A stretch of DNA of 64,000 nucleotides, from assembly GCA_000165425.1 (NCBI GenBank), contig CT868496.1, positions 186,001 to 250,000 on the forward strand, given 5' to 3'. Both the position numbers and the translations under genes were made by a program. The DNA comes from Paramecium tetraurelia (lineage: Eukaryota). Each line of letters begins with the position of its first letter. Positions within the stretch are counted from its first letter, which is position 1. This document shows positions 38,632-53,900 of this stretch, piece after piece. The notes beneath the pieces were generated by a model. It did not search any database and had not been told where the DNA came from. It was given only the letters and a program-made list of their open reading frames with translations.

Positions 38632-40514
38632 ATGATGAATAATACTACCGAATACCCATCTCAAATAACTGAGACGATTTAAGGAATCACTTTTTCGAGT
38701 TCATTTGATTCTGGTAATCTGAAGAGTGTTCGCCGAGAAAATAGTGGAAGAGTAAGTAAATTACAATATTATTAAGTACATCCTTAATATATCAAGTGAT
38801 TGGGGTATAAATGGTAGGACAACGAATTATAGAACATGGTTTTATTTCTCAGTCTCTGGAGTCAATGAAGGAGAACTCACATTCGTCGTAGCCAATCTAC
38901 AAAACTAAGTAACTAATAAGATCATGTTCTTAGATGGGACTTTTTAAAGATGGAATGTAACCAGTCTTTAGGAATTGTCATTCCTCTTAATGGGAAAGAT
39001 TAAAATAGCCATGCTACTACCGCTTAGTTCCAGAGGGTCATTTTGAAATAACTTTTAAGCATCTATTTCTCAATGATTCAACAGTTTATTTTGCTTTTTT
39101 TTATCCATGGAGTTGCGAAGACAACAATGTATTTAAAATAAATAGTTATAGAATTTTCTATAATAATGTTAAGCTATGTCTCTTTAAGTAACTGACATTT
39201 ATTATGATAATTCAATACTGGCTTACTCAAAAGAAGGTAGACCGATCAATCTAATAACAATAACACAAGGATCATCATAAATTAAGGAAGAACCTATACC
39301 TGGTTTATTTCCTTAAAGTAGACCTTAGCACTTCAAGAAACCACATATTTTTATTTCTGCTAGAGTGCATCCTGGAGAAGTGCCGGGATCGTTTGTTAAT
39401 AATGGATTGATGAAGTATCTGCTCAAAGCAAATGACCCAGTAGCGTAAGTGGCAAGGGAGAAATACGTTTGGAGTATTGTTCCCATAATTAATCCTGATG
39501 GAGTCTATAGAGGACACTATCGAACTGATTCCCTATGTTAAAATTTGAATAGATATTATCTATCACCTTCAAAGGAGGATCATCCAACTATTTATGCAAT
39601 TAAAGAATACATAATGCGTCTTCAAAATACAGATAGACTTTATGCATATATAGATTTGCATGCTCATGCTGGTCATAAAGGAGTTTTTATTTATGGGAAT
39701 TAATTGCCTTCTTTAAGTTAACATACATCAAATTGCATTATTCCTAGATTGATTAGCTTATATTCTGAAATCTTTGATTACGATGCATGTAATTTTACTG
39801 AGAAAAACATGTATGCAGCTGATAAAGGAGATGGGTTAAGCAAGGAAGGGTCTGGGAGAGTGGCCTTTTATAAGATTTGCGGAATTGTGCATAGTTATAC
39901 CTTAGAATGCAATTATAACACAGGAAGAATTACGAATATTATGTATGAAGATAGTGGAAGTAAGCATCATAATTAATTTAAGATAATTTATACAAAGATG
40001 AATAATTAGATGAAAACGTTGTTTTGGGTTCTGTATACACTTCAAATCCAAAATCATATTTTTTTACAATTTAAGATTACGAATAAGTTGGAGTCGGAAT
40101 AGTTAATGCATTTTTAGATTTTAATCTGTTAAACCCTATGAGTAGATTGTCAGCTTCTCCTTTTAAAACCTTAGCTAATTTGAGAACATTCTTAGCATAT
40201 AATATCATGAGAACTATGCATTATAGATATGAACCATATTTAAGGAAGATATTAAAGTAAATAAATTTTAAATTATAAAGATTTATTAATAACAAAGAAT
40301 AAGTGAATAGGGTATTGAAAGCTTTTTATGATTATATATGCAGCGGATAGATTAAAGATAATTTAGAAGGTAATTAAGAAGTTGTTGTATAAAAACCATA
40401 AACTAGATATTAAAAGGCTTAGGAAATAAAGAAAGAAAAATAAGAAAAATAAGAGAAATAATAAAAATAATAGTAATAATAATAATAAAAAATTTAACAA
40501 TAATAATAGTAATA

Positions 40515-40565
<51 letters not shown>

Positions 40566-40785
40566 GTAATAATCTTAAAAATAATAGTTCAGAAAATCTT
40601 AATATGAATAAGTACCTGTTAAATAATATCCATTCTCTGAAGTAGATTTAGATTCAAGATAAATGAGAACTTAAAGTTAAGGGAAAGCAAGGGCTAGATC
40701 TGAAACAAAATAATAATAGTAAGTCTAATAATAATAATAAAAACCACAGAGGGCATTTAAAATTAAAAGAAATGTGAAAATATGA
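38632..40785 (+). CDS. AGBL5: Cytosolic carboxypeptidase CCP5/AGBL5-like (tubulin deglutamylase, M14D)
   Basis: [71 protein letters not shown]; poly-Q tail. Confidence 0.88.
40495..40572 (+). repeat. TAA/TAG microsatellite encoding 26 consecutive Gln
   Basis: In-frame run TAA CAA (TAA/TAG)24 in the C-terminal tail of the CCP5 gene, with a second shorter run just upstream. Confidence 0.9.
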
Positions 40786-40809
40786 CAAATATTAGTAATT
40801 TAATCAACT

Positions 40810-42518
40810 TCATGTATATTTTTTAAATTTTTTCTTATTTCTGAAACACTAATTATAGCAATTTTATATAGATGGTTCTACTTTTAATTCTTCAGACTAT
40901 GAATCTTGAATATTTTCCTTATGACATATGATTAATGTTACTTACTTAAGGAACTAATAGGCTGGATTTGAGGCTTATCTTTTATCCGGTTATTCTTTCA
41001 TAAGTGGTGAGTCCATAATATAAATTCTTTGTTTAGTATATACATAGAAGACTAATAAATAGATATGATGACTTACAAAATTGGAGTAATGAAGATGAAT
41101 ATGTTCAAAATTGGATATAGCATTATTAGATAGTCGTTCAAAGATAAGTCATCGGATATAAAAAAGTCTAAAATTAAAAAATGAAATTACAGTAAACAAT
41201 TATGCTTGCTGAATAAAGCTAGATTATGATTAGAGAAATGAGGTAGACATAAAAATATAGTAAATTTCTAAATAGTGTGTTAAATTATGATTTACTTGGC
41301 TCCAACGCAGTTATTTATCCATGGACAGTGATGATCATAGACAATAACACATTTTTTACAAAATTCACAATGTTTTGATCTTTAAGGTTTAATAACCCAA
41401 CAATCTGGACAGATATTGATAGGATCTATCTATTATTCAATAGCTTCTTGAATAGTGAGATGTAAGGTAATTATTCCAGGATCACAGCATTATGTCAAAA
41501 TGGAAGCCAAGAGTAGAATAGCCAGAAAAACATAATAAAATATGAACAATAACCCTCCCTAGATCTCCTATATGATGTTAACAATGCAACTTTGGGAAGT
41601 CAAAACTACAAAGTAGTAAACAATAATGGATTTTCTATTTCTTTTAATTGGATGATATGGCTATTTCAAATTATAGAATAAAGCCAAATCAGTTTTATCT
41701 TCAAGCATTTTCTTAATCTAGAGAGATTCAGTCAAATTGATTGGTAATTTTCCTTCTACATCCTATATCGAATATACTAAAATTACTTCTATGTTTCTTT
41801 AAGCACCCTTGATTAGTAGTTTCTTCACAACCCTATTTTATCCGTAAGATGCCCCAATGTGTAGTGCAGTTTATTGTTCATTGTTTTTAGAATCAACATT
41901 GCATCCAAATGAAATCAAATAGCTCACAGTTAATTCACAACTATTGGCATTGAAATAATAGAATACTTCTAATAGGCTGCCCAATGCAAACAAGTATTTC
42001 CAGCATCATCTTGTACATTGATTGAGATTCCTTATTATAACCAATACCACTTTTATACAAAATAACATTGTACCACCATATATGGTTAATCTCCTTAAGC
42101 TGCTGCATGTATAGGCAATAAGCCAGAACCACTTTTAAGTGCAGAATCAGCACCGATGTTGAGTAGGATCTTCACAGCTTCCTTATATAAATACAATCAG
42201 ATATACCACATTCCCATTATAAGATGCAATATGAAGGGCTGTGAAGATTTCGATATTGTATGTATTAACTAATTTTCTAATCTCGTTCTCCTTATAATTG
42301 TCAATAGAGTATTATTCAAGAAATTTTAAAAATGGGTAATCATTTCTCTAAACAGCAATATGTAGAACTTGGAATATATTTATAAGAATACTTGTTTATT
42401 TCCTACCACAATCTAAATTTAAAATGTTTGGTTTGACTTTGTTCATAAACTCCATTAACTGCTGTATCGAATTACTTTAGATCATTTCCTTTATAATTTA
42501 TTGAGAATCATCAATCAT
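40810..42518 (-). CDS. Ankyrin-repeat DHHC palmitoyltransferase (Akr1/ZDHHC13/17-like)
   Basis: Ankyrin repeats (TALHIASYNG, TALHIGASYG); CDPG; RSKHCEFCKKCVIVYDHHCPWINNCVGAK; TTYE motif; TGA 40812-40810. Confidence 0.9.
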
Positions 42519-42756
42519 TATTATATAAAATATTATAATTCAATTTCATAATTATCATCATTATAATATTGAAATATTTCCAATCATCAACTTATATGAA
42601 ACAACAATAATCTTTAATTAATGTTATATCTGATTTAAAGATATAAAATATTCAAATTAAAATAAAATCATAGTAATAGATCTTATTAGAAATAAAATGC
42701 AAGCAAATCTATTTTATATGTAATTAAATTTAAAAGAAACAATATAAACCAATCAA

Positions 42757-44598
42757 TCATTATTATTTTTATCTTAAAAGATTTAGAAACATGTAGGCTC
42801 CAAATCTTATTGCTACTGTAAAAGCAATAAGAATTCCTACTGATTCCCATAATCCAACTTCGAATCCTAGAGTATCGATGGGATCACCAAACTCGTAATT
42901 TCTTCCTTCAAACTCATTAGTGGCTATGGCTTCAAAAGAGTATTTAACTGGACTTATGTATTAGACCCAACCAATCCATACAAAAAATTACTTTGAATTT
43001 GCGAAGAATCCTGAAAAAATGAATAAAGGCAATAATATTAATGGTACAATGCTAGTAGCCACTTTAATATCATTGAATGCACATCCAGCCATCAATCCCA
43101 TACTATTTCCATTCAAACAAGTCAGTATCGCAATGAATACATGTGCAACGACTACTCCACCATCTTTAGTATTTAGACCGATCATCCAATAAAGAATTAG
43201 TTCTTAAATTATTGGCGTAATGAGACAAAAAGGTATTTCAATAAATGACTTTCCCATAAAATATGAGAATGTTGTGTATAACTTTGAATTCTCTTCTCTC
43301 AAAAATACATCTCTTTCAGTTGCAAATTGAAGTACAACTGGAAATAATGAACCCATAGTAAGATTAATACATAAAAAGAACATACATCCAGACATACTTG
43401 TGTAATCTGCGAATGTTCCTGAATCGTTTCCAATTCCATAATAGGAATATCCAAGTAATAATCCCATGAAAATTGCAGTACCAACCCTTTAATTAATATT
43501 CATTTTATCTCTAAAAAATCCTTTTATTGCTCTTTTTGAAATTAGGGTAATTTAATATGCAGTGGAAGTCTCAACTTACTTATAAACTAATTCAGTTTTT
43601 GAAGATTCTTTTATTTCATCCAAAATTGGTTTGTGCAATTACTTTTCATATTAATCAAAATAGATTGGGAAATTATCAATGTTTAATTGACTTTCTTGAT
43701 GCATTATACTCAACATAAAATCCATAGGATTACTGTGATCTGGACAAGGAAAACCTATCCCTTTAAAGTACCCAACCAATTTAGTTCTGGGTCCTTAGTA
43801 GATGAATTTTCCTTGAACAAGGAGCATAATTCTATCGAAAAGTAAATATATATCAGATGATGGTTAATGGATAGTAAATACAATAGTTCTGTCTTATTCA
43901 TGTGCAAGTTGTTATAATTCATATCTATCATATATTAATTTAAGAATATTACATAATTTAAAATGCGGTAAATGAATCTAATCCTGAAGTAGGTTCATCT
44001 AACAGGATACATGAAGGATTAGTGACTAATTCAAATCCAATTGATGTTCGCTTTCTTTCTCCTCCTGAAATTCCTTTTAATGATGGACCTCCAATAATGG
44101 CATTTTAGCATCTTTCTAATTTCATTGTTTTAATAGTGTCATCAACTCTTGATAGCTTCAATTCTGAGTCTGTGTACTTTAAATCAGCAACAAATTGTAG
44201 TGCTTCTCTTGGAGTTAATGTTTCAAAAAGAACATCATTTTGCATTACATAGGCAGCGAAATTGGAAAATGTTTCAGAATCATACTCTACTTAGTTAGCA
44301 AGCACTTTCCCCTTTAGCTTTACGGATTTAGAACTTTAAACACGAGCAGCAAGGATATTCAACAATGATGTTTTACCAGCACCAGATGCTCCCAAAATAG
44401 CTGTAACTTCTCCTCCAGGACAATACCCATCTAAATTACGTAATATATCCCTTTAATCTATTAATCTTAATGAAAATTCGTACTTCCTTTCTGATCAACT
44501 ACTTAATATTCTATATTCTGAAAAGCAATATCTACTACTCTTCTACATCGTAAACTTTTAGCACTCTAAACTGTGTCATTAAGTCTTCCAGCTTCCAT
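42757..44598 (-). CDS. ABCG (White-type) half transporter
   Basis: Walker [16 protein letters not shown]; signature [25 protein letters not shown] with ERDVFLRE and FSGFF; TGA 42759-42757. Confidence 0.93.
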
Positions 44599-45427
44599 TT
44601 AAGGCAATATTTGTATTTCTTACATTTATTATTGCTGTAAACATTTTCAAGGCCTGATAAAAATAGAGATTTAGAATTCTTAATTCCTATACACAACTAG
44701 AATTTATCAATATTCTTGATTTATTAATTAAAAATTAGACACTCAATTAACCTTTGACTAAGGCTCAGCCTGTCTCTTACATTTAATCACAATTTAATAA
44801 AGAGTCCTTCAATATTAATGACATGATATACATAGAATCACGACCATTAAATGATTTATGTATAAGATATTTAGAGAATTATGAGCAAAATTATGTGTGA
44901 TATTAAAACTAAGTATTCTCTTATATGCTTCTTAGGGGTTTTAAATGCTGAGTTTAAGTAAATATAATATTTGGAAAATATAAAAGTTCTTCAATTCTTA
45001 AATATTAATGATAAGAAAAATTAATTAAATAATTAAAATTCTTATTTTCTGATTAAAACATTGTTTTAAATTTATTTTATGTTTTATTTAATTTTCATGT
45101 TTTATTAGTTATTAAATTGCAAAATTTTATATATTAGATAACTTTATTACGATCAAGATTTTAAAATTCTATTCATACAATGTTTTCTAAATCATATATG
45201 CTTATACTTAATATTTGAGTCCTATAGATGAGTTATCCATATCCACAAAACAATTAATTTCAAGTTATCAGTCTTTTTTCTTATTCATTCAGTCATCATT
45301 GAGTAATTACGTATTATTTTGATTATAAATAGAATGCAACAATAGTATTGTTATTATAAATAAAATGATGACATATTCATTCAAATGGGTTAATCACTCA
45401 AATAATACGCATTATTTATTAAAATTT

Positions 45428-46268
45428 ATGGGTATAAAAGGGTCTAAAGCAAATTTATCTCAGAAGACTACTCGTGCACACTCTAATGGGATTACTCGTT
45501 CATCTTGTCAAATGCAAGGTTGGAGAGAATACATGGAGGATTATATTTTAATCCAAGAACAGGAGGAGTTCTAACTTTATGGAGTCTTTGATGGACATGG
45601 AGGGAAAGATGTTTCAGAATTTTTGTCAGACCACTTCTATGAAATATTTGAAATGGAACTAAAAAAAAATCCAGAAAATTATCATCTAGTATTAGAATCT
45701 ACTTTCGAAACTTTGGATACTATACTAGCCCATCGAATAGCTAGTTCAAAAGTTGGGAGTACTGCCAATATCGTCTTGGTTACTAAAGAAAAGGTCTATA
45801 TAGCTAACTTAGGAGATAGCAGAGCTATTCTATTTTCAAATGAATCTGTTTAGTAACTCTCTTAAGATCATAACATATAATCTGAATATGATAGAATAAT
45901 ATCTAATGGTGGTTATATTAGGGATGATAGAATTAATGGTAATTATCAATCATGATTTCTTAGGTTCCTTAACTGTTGCAAGAGCATTCGGTGACTTTTT
46001 CTTAAAATCGTCAAGATGTTCCATAATTTCTTCAAAGCCAGACATAGTTGTGATTGACAGACCTTAAAATAAATTTATCTTGCTAGCTTCAGATGGAATT
46101 TGGGAATGTGCAGATAATTAATGTAATCATAATTAGTTAATGTTAGATATAAGCAAAAATCTCATAGAAAACAATTCATTAGGAAGATTGTTTAATTAAT
46201 TAATAGCTAAAAATATGAATTAAGAATATGGCTATGATAATATGAGTGCCATACTTATTTAATTTTGA
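45428..46268 (+). CDS. PP2C/PPM protein phosphatase, putative N-myristoylated
   Basis: MGIKGSK; MQGWREYMED; GVFDGHGG; GSTA; ANLGDSRA; DH; LTVARAFGD; LASDGIW; DNMSA. Two short introns. Confidence 0.93.
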
Positions 46269-47427
46269 TTTTTAATTATTCATTTTATTATAATCATTGA
46301 TAATTCTATATGTTATTTCAAATTAGAATACTATGAATAAAAAGCGTTAATATACATTACAAATATATTAATTAAAAAACAATTAATCATATTCTCAACT
46401 ATGATATATCATAAATTTAAATCCAAAAATCAGAATCGTCCTCTATATCGCCTTATCCTAAGATCATTAAATTAAACTATAAAACTTAAAAAAATTTAAA
46501 AATTTTATTTTTAGTAGGCTACATTTATTAGGGTTATTTTAAGAAATTGAATCTAAATTAAGTTGTTTTATTTCTTATTCACTTTAAGGTAGTATTTTTT
46601 ATCAATGGAATCTTTCAATAAACCAATTTAAGTCTTACATTTCTCATTCTTTTAATGTATTAGATTTATAATTCAATATTTTAAATAGTATTATTCAGAT
46701 TTCTTCATGATTGCTTTAATTTATTTAAGATTGATTTGAGTTTATTGTGAATGATGTATCATATGTTTTAATATTTATGATAATTTTTAAAATAATAAGT
46801 CATGGCATAATCTTAGTATTTATGAAGAGATAGTCAATGCATACTACAATAATCATTTGAATTTTAAAGATCAAATTTATATTAACTGCTTCATTAACAT
46901 TTTTAATAGTTTATCACAAGTTTAATTTTAAATTTAACTCATTTATTTGCTTACTATTTAATATGGTTTAAGATTGGATTATTGATTCATTATTCCTAAT
47001 TGATTGATTTTGTAGATTAATCACCACAGCGCATGGTTTATTTATATTCAACCTTTTATCATTCAATAAATGTTTAAAAGTATAGTGATTGTCTATATCC
47101 TTTATTAATTATATTTTTTTCAATAAAAAGAAAGAAATAATTGAAGAGGACTACTATTCTTATTGATTTATTTTAAAACTTAAGTTATTAAACATGCAAA
47201 TTATTTCCTTACATTGTGTAAGTTTTAGGAATCTATAATAAGCCTTGAAATTACAAAAAATAATTTTAATTTCTTATAAAATGATTGATTAAGTATTCCA
47301 CATATTAAAATCCTTAATATTTTTACAATATTAGCTCTAAATTTAAAGTATAGAAACGCTTAAACTTGAATGCGATGTGTTTTCATTTTTAAAATATACA
47401 AAAAATGGTTAGTCTATTGATTATAAT

Positions 47428-50400
47428 ATGATAAATAATTCATTAATCAAAGTACAAGTGCAAGAATTTAATTCCCCTACTAAACCTTAGAGGAGACTTA
47501 TTAATCAAAGAATTAAACCTTATATTTAAGCCTACGGATTATCCCCAGATCTCTTCGAAATGAAAGGTAAATCCGTTGTTTACAAAAATAACAATCCAAA
47601 TAACTAAAGTTAGTAAAATAGAAGTGTGATGTCAATCAGATCCAGTACTAAGAAACCATATCAAAAAATATCTATTCATAGACCATAAACAGCCTCGCTA
47701 CAGTTGCCGAATAATTTTGACTTACCAATCACGAATAAGTATGCTAATCTATTCAATGAAATAAAGAATGCTGAAAATAAGCCACAGTTTCAATATCTTT
47801 AAAAAGCTGAAAAATCATTGATTTTTGAGGAGGTAGATGAAAGATCAGAGTAAAGTATAATAAGGAAGTATGATTCAATGTTAAAGAATATAGCACATCT
47901 TGAAAAGTAAGTAAATCTATTATTATTTAGGGTTAAACAATAGAAAATCTAAGAGTTAGAAATGTTACAAAGCAAAATAGATGAAGTTAAAAATGTAGAT
48001 ATCCATTCTTCACGTTTTATCATAAAAAAGAATGTACATAAATCTTCTCTAAGGGAGAAGAAGGATAAGGCTGCCTCTTTGATTTAGGCGCATGTTAAAG
48101 GTAGGTTTTATTAGAGAAGATATATATTTTGGAAAAAAAAGAACGAAGAAAAATTAAGAAAAGTTATTTTTATATAGTAATGGTGGAAAAATTAATTGAA
48201 GCATATAAAAATATAGAAATAGTTTAGAATAACTCATCGGTGCAAATAAGTGAGGTTAATTGGCGGTCGTACCATTTTTATTATTACTAATTATTCATAT
48301 ATTTTATATAGGATTAGATTGTTATTGATAGATAGAATGGGAGTAATGAAGGGAGTTTTCAGATTGTATTTGAATTTATAGAATTGCTCAACTGTATTAA
48401 ATGAGGATATATCAAAAGAATCATTTGAATTTGAATCTTTAATGAATTTAATTATCAGTAATTTGATTTAACTAATCTAAATTAAAGATGATCATTTTAT
48501 TTTAGATTTGTAAAACTAAAATATAATTGATATTCCTCATTTGATGTTATAAGTTTATATGAAGTTAAATTTTATAGCTACTAATTAATATTAATTATTA
48601 ATACATATTAAAGAAGAAGCACAATAGGAATCACAGAATTAAATAGAGTAATTATAATAAAATCATTATTAATATTTATAAACTGAAAACTATTAGGAAA
48701 ACAAAAAGAAGGATAATTAAAATGATTAGGATATTTAAGCATATAGTAATCTGGTTGAATAGTAAGTCAATATATATACTGCTGAATAATATTGCTAAAA
48801 AATAGAAGAATCGTAATCATCAGAAGTATAACAAAACATTAATTAATAATAATCTTATGATGAAAATACAAACAAAGAAATATAGAGAGAAATAATAGAA
48901 AACTAAGATCAAAATTCAAAAATATTGAATAATCAAAATATGGTTGAAATCTAAGATAAATAAGTTATAGAATAACAGATTTAAGATAATAAGACTTTCT
49001 AAAATGAAAATCGATAAACTGATAAAGAATTTAAAGATAAATTAATTCAATTTGATGATTTGAAAAATAATTAAAGTCGTGATACAAAAACGAATTAAGA
49101 TCAAGAAGATAATATTTAATAAAACTAAACAACAGATTAGATCTAATAAATTTATATTTAAAATCCTTAAAATCTGCCAATCAAGCAAAATTCTGAGATA
49201 AAATCAAAAATAATCTTAGATATTATTTAAGAGTCTCAATAATTTTAATAAAGCTCTGAGAATTTAAGCGATGAAAATAACTAGGAAATACAATAAACCT
49301 CTAATCAAATTAATTATAATAGTATATAATCGAGTAATAAAGTAAAATTGTTTGAATCAACATAAATAAATCAAAATGAAGTATCATCTTCATAAAGGTT
49401 AGTTTATAAATAACCTGATTAAGAAGAGATTTAAACGAATCAAGTAGATATTATTTAAATGAACTTGAATGATATAGATGTGGATTAAACGGAATGTGTA
49501 AAAAGTTAGAATTAAGGTCTTAAATCAGTAAAATAAGATTTATAAACTTCACCAATTGAATAAAATTCATAAATGAATTTAAGTTAAGAGAGGATAGTAG
49601 AAAATAAAAAAGAAGAGTTTGAGTTTATGGAGATTAAGGTTAATAAACCAATTGAAATTTAACAAGCAAATGATGAAGACGATCAATAAGAATAAATATT
49701 TTAATCAGAATATATATATTATTAGAATAGTAATATATTCTCATAAAAGAATGAAGCAGACCCTTAATCACAGATTTATAAAAAGAAGGATAATCAAAAT
49801 TAATAGCAATAACCTTCATAAATAGATTTCCATCTGCTTAAGAGTTGTGAAAGCAATATATTTGAACCAGTAAAATATCTAAACTCTGGAGAACTATTGA
49901 GTAGAACTAATTTTCTTGTTTAATTGGGATAATTGGAAAAAATTGAGAATGAGAACACCTCTTTATTGATTTCAGGAGACTTGAAAAAGGAAGTAGAGGA
50001 TTTACCAGAACCTGTAAACTTAAGAAAGAACAACAGCAATCAATAAGAATAGTTTATGGAGTCTTAATCCTTTTTACGAAGAATGCCTAGTGATTTTAAG
50101 TCTCCTTTAATGGATGACACCCTAAAATTGAGTGCAACATTCAAATTTTAAATCAGTTCAGAGTTTAAGGCTTTTGAGAGTGGATAATTGATTTCATAAT
50201 TATTTGATATTAAAATTTAGTAGTAGGATTCACTGGAGTACTCATTAGATGAATCGCAAGATTTACAACCTATCTACATCACAACAATAAGAGTAGATGA
50301 TATTAATGTAGATGTATTTTAAATTAAGGATTTGTTGAGGTTAAAAGACAAGAATGATATTTATCGATAATTTGATTTCAAGATCTCTAAAATATAGTAA

Positions 50401-50800
50401 TCAAACTGTGATTATATAATCTAAAATTTATTTGTGTACATAATTAAAAATGGTATTAATTGCATAGAAGGCAATTAAATAGTAAGAATATAAAGATACT
50501 TAAGGAGATTCAGATTTATTAAATCATGTGTATTGACACTCTATAGAGAATCAATTTTAATTTGTTTATTCAAATCATGTAATTTATGTAGCAATATAAT
50601 AAGTTTTTGGGATGAAGTTGAGTATTTATGGATAAGTGTAATAAGGAGTGGAGATCATGATTGAAAGAATGGGGATTAAGAGTAGGAAAATACTGGAAAA
50701 CAATTTTTACTCAATTTGTCCATTAGTATTGTCTTCTGAGATGGAAGTGGAGTAAATGATACTGACAGCAATAAAGGCTTTTGATTTTGAGAGTGAGTGA
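47428..50800 (+). CDS. Large IQ-motif protein with N/Q/E-rich central region
   Basis: AASLIQAHVKGRFYQRRY, VIFIQQWWK and IVRIQRYLRRFRF are IQ-like motifs in a long open frame. The 3' end is ambiguous (TGA at 50664 or 50800 depending on splicing). Confidence 0.7.
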
Positions 50801-50935
50801 TATTAGTATTATGTATTCTATTAATTTTGAGCTTTGTTTGATTATAATCCTTCATTTTATAGAGCTTGATGAATTGATTTTAATGTTTGTATATTATTGC
50901 ACTAAATGAAATAAATATAATATTAATTAATAACA

Positions 50936-53900
50936 ATGATTGCCATATTATAATCCATATTGTTGTTATTTAATGCTAGGATTGCAGAGTGTTGTACATA
51001 ATTGCCAAACAATGAACTGGTATTGGTGAATAAAATAAATGAAACTTAAAGTATGAATATTTAAAACTTGTTCATTAAATAAGAGCAATTTATGATATAT
51101 ATTATGCCTTATGATAGTGACATTCAAGTCCAATAATATATGTATAGCCATTCTAATTCCAGCAATTCATTTGAAAATATAATAAGCGTGAAGTGTTTGA
51201 GATCCTATAATGATTTTACTGCAGCAAATCAATATGCATTATTGAATAAAATTAATGATAAATATCAAATACACACAAATAGTTATTAAATTGAATACAA
51301 TCAGCGTTTACCAGAATTCAATTAATATTTCGAAATCACAGATCACATATGTCATGATCTAGAAATATTGAATCGTTAGACTCTAATTGTAGATTGTTAC
51401 AATGAAAGCAGTAACGTTTTCATTCTTTAAAGTGAATCAAGTCAAATTTAATATTTGGCCTATAATCAGACCAAAGATTTTCAAATTAAGAGAAGGATAT
51501 TTGCTTTTCAGGATGATCTAATAATACGTATATTGTATTATGATGAGAACTTCCAGTATTCATAAATTCAATTTATCTAATTTGGTGAAATTATAACAAC
51601 TCCACTCATAATTGATGACACATACATCAATAATCTATTGAATGAAACTAAAAACATTATTGAGTTATAGATAATATAAGTGTAATTAGAATAGAAAATA
51701 CTAACAATATTGAATAAAAACTAATGGGTTATATCCATAGATACTCAATTCTTCCCATACATTATTATAGTTGACTGTTTTCAACTTGATCTGGAATACC
51801 CAGCCATATTCTTTGCATACCATGTTGCTAATTACACTTATGCTTTTTTAACTTAATAGACAATCCATGTTTGGAGCAATGGGTTGACTAAATTCAAAAG
51901 GATAGACAACAAAGATGAGAAATTTTAGATTTACTTTACAAAAAGCAATCTAATCCAATATAATGATGGATTATTGAATTTATTGAAATTCAATTTAAAG
52001 ATTGTAGAGATGTTTCAGATAGAGGATAATTATACTTTAGTTTTGGATTAATTATCTGATGAAATAATAGCAATTAACGAGTAGGAGAGTAAACGAATCA
52101 TCATCAGATCTCATTAATACTTATATTTCAAATCTAATTCTTTGAGTTCAAAATTCAAGTAGGCTACTTTGATTTAGAATGTCAGTATATTGGAATCTTG
52201 TACTCTAAGTATCAAATACAGAACTATAGCTTGGAACTCTACAGAAGCCATTCCTACAGTAATGAATCAATTCAATACAATTTTGAATGGCCAAATTGAA
52301 TCATATGAAGTGGATAGATTCATTGATGGACCAAATATAACCATCTCCAACATCAATGAATTAAAGGTCAATTAAGTGTTGTTCAGTATAAACTTTGAAT
52401 AATTGCAACAGAAAACCATCAGTGGAATAAAAAGTGAATAAACTGTACTATATATAAAGGTAATACCTATTGCACCTTTATACTTGTATTTTATTTAATT
52501 ATCTAATTTATATGTGCAATTCTATTATTGTATCTAAGATTTGAATTGTGTATACGCAAGTTAAATATACCTGGAATTCAATTTATCATCAACGCATCAT
52601 GAATTTTTTGTAAACTACGACGATGTATACATAGCAGTTAAGAATAATCAATAACTAGATGTTTGGAAGTTATCTGAAACACTCATTTACTAATGTACAA
52701 TCTATCCAGATTAGGATCATTATATAATACAATTTCATTACATCAATTTGTTCTTGGCAGTGCTCTACTCAAACCAATTAGTAGTCATCTATAAAGTCGT
52801 TGATTAATGTTAGAGATCTCAAGCCTTTACAACTGAGTTCATCTCAAATTTCAATATTGAATGGAATCCCTCCTACATACAGACCAATGATGATTATGAC
52901 ATTCTCTATGTCTAAACTGGGGTACAATTGTTGTTGATTCAGGTTAAAGAATCAGAAATATTCCCCATCAACATCATTCCACTTCATTACAATAAGTCAG
53001 TCAAAATCTTTTCATATAAGAATATCATTTGGATCTACTATACAGATACCGAAGTGATTGAGTCATTCCTTATCCGCTCCCTTACTTTAATAGAATACTA
53101 GAGTACTATTTCCTTATTCAATGTCATTCCTAACAAATACTTGCATCATCAATAATCTAAATATGTCTATTTCTAAAATAGCCAAGATAGTTTAGGTACT
53201 ATCTATGTCTATTGCATGGAAAGCAGTAGTCATAATGCATTGTTGACCACTTTTTCCACTAAGTATAAAATCCTTTATTCTGTTTCAAATTTATTCATCA
53301 TAGCTGATATCAACAATTATTTTGAAATCCCCCAGAAAATCAAGTATTCAATTTATTATCAAGATATAGATAATCCTAATTATTTAGTTAAAGTTAATAC
53401 ATTCTTAGTTATTTCAAGTTATGATAACAAAGAACAATACAAATATGTTATTAATTCTACTCTTGTAAATCCCTATACAACCATCACAGTTAATTAAACA
53501 CAGTTGAATCTTGAGGAACTCCTCCATTAAGCTAGACCTATTGGTTATTGTCAGAGCAAGTATTCTTGGTACACTGGGTAAGTTGTGGATATTGGTTTAA
53601 GAAGTCAATAATTGAAACTTCAAAAATCCATGCACCTATTAGAAAAGGAGATCTGCTCATCGGGATTAGATATCAAAGAATATGTCTCAGATTCAGTACT
53701 CATTCTGCATTAAGATAAACTTGTCAAATTAAACATGACTACTAAAATCTAATAGATCTATTACTTAGACACCTCTGCAACTTATACCAAGATAATCTTA
53801 GTTTAAGATGATCTTATTTATATTTCAGCCTTCAAATAAACTCCAAGTTTCTCCTATTTTATTCACATAATCAGCTGCAGCAAGGATTTTGAATGCAATA

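Noticed and set aside
40441..40580. TAA-rich arrays as CRISPR, telomeric or non-coding satellite
   Set aside because: They are simple in-frame trinucleotide repeats encoding Gln, with no repeat-spacer structure. No C4A2/C3A3 telomeric tract was seen anywhere in the window.
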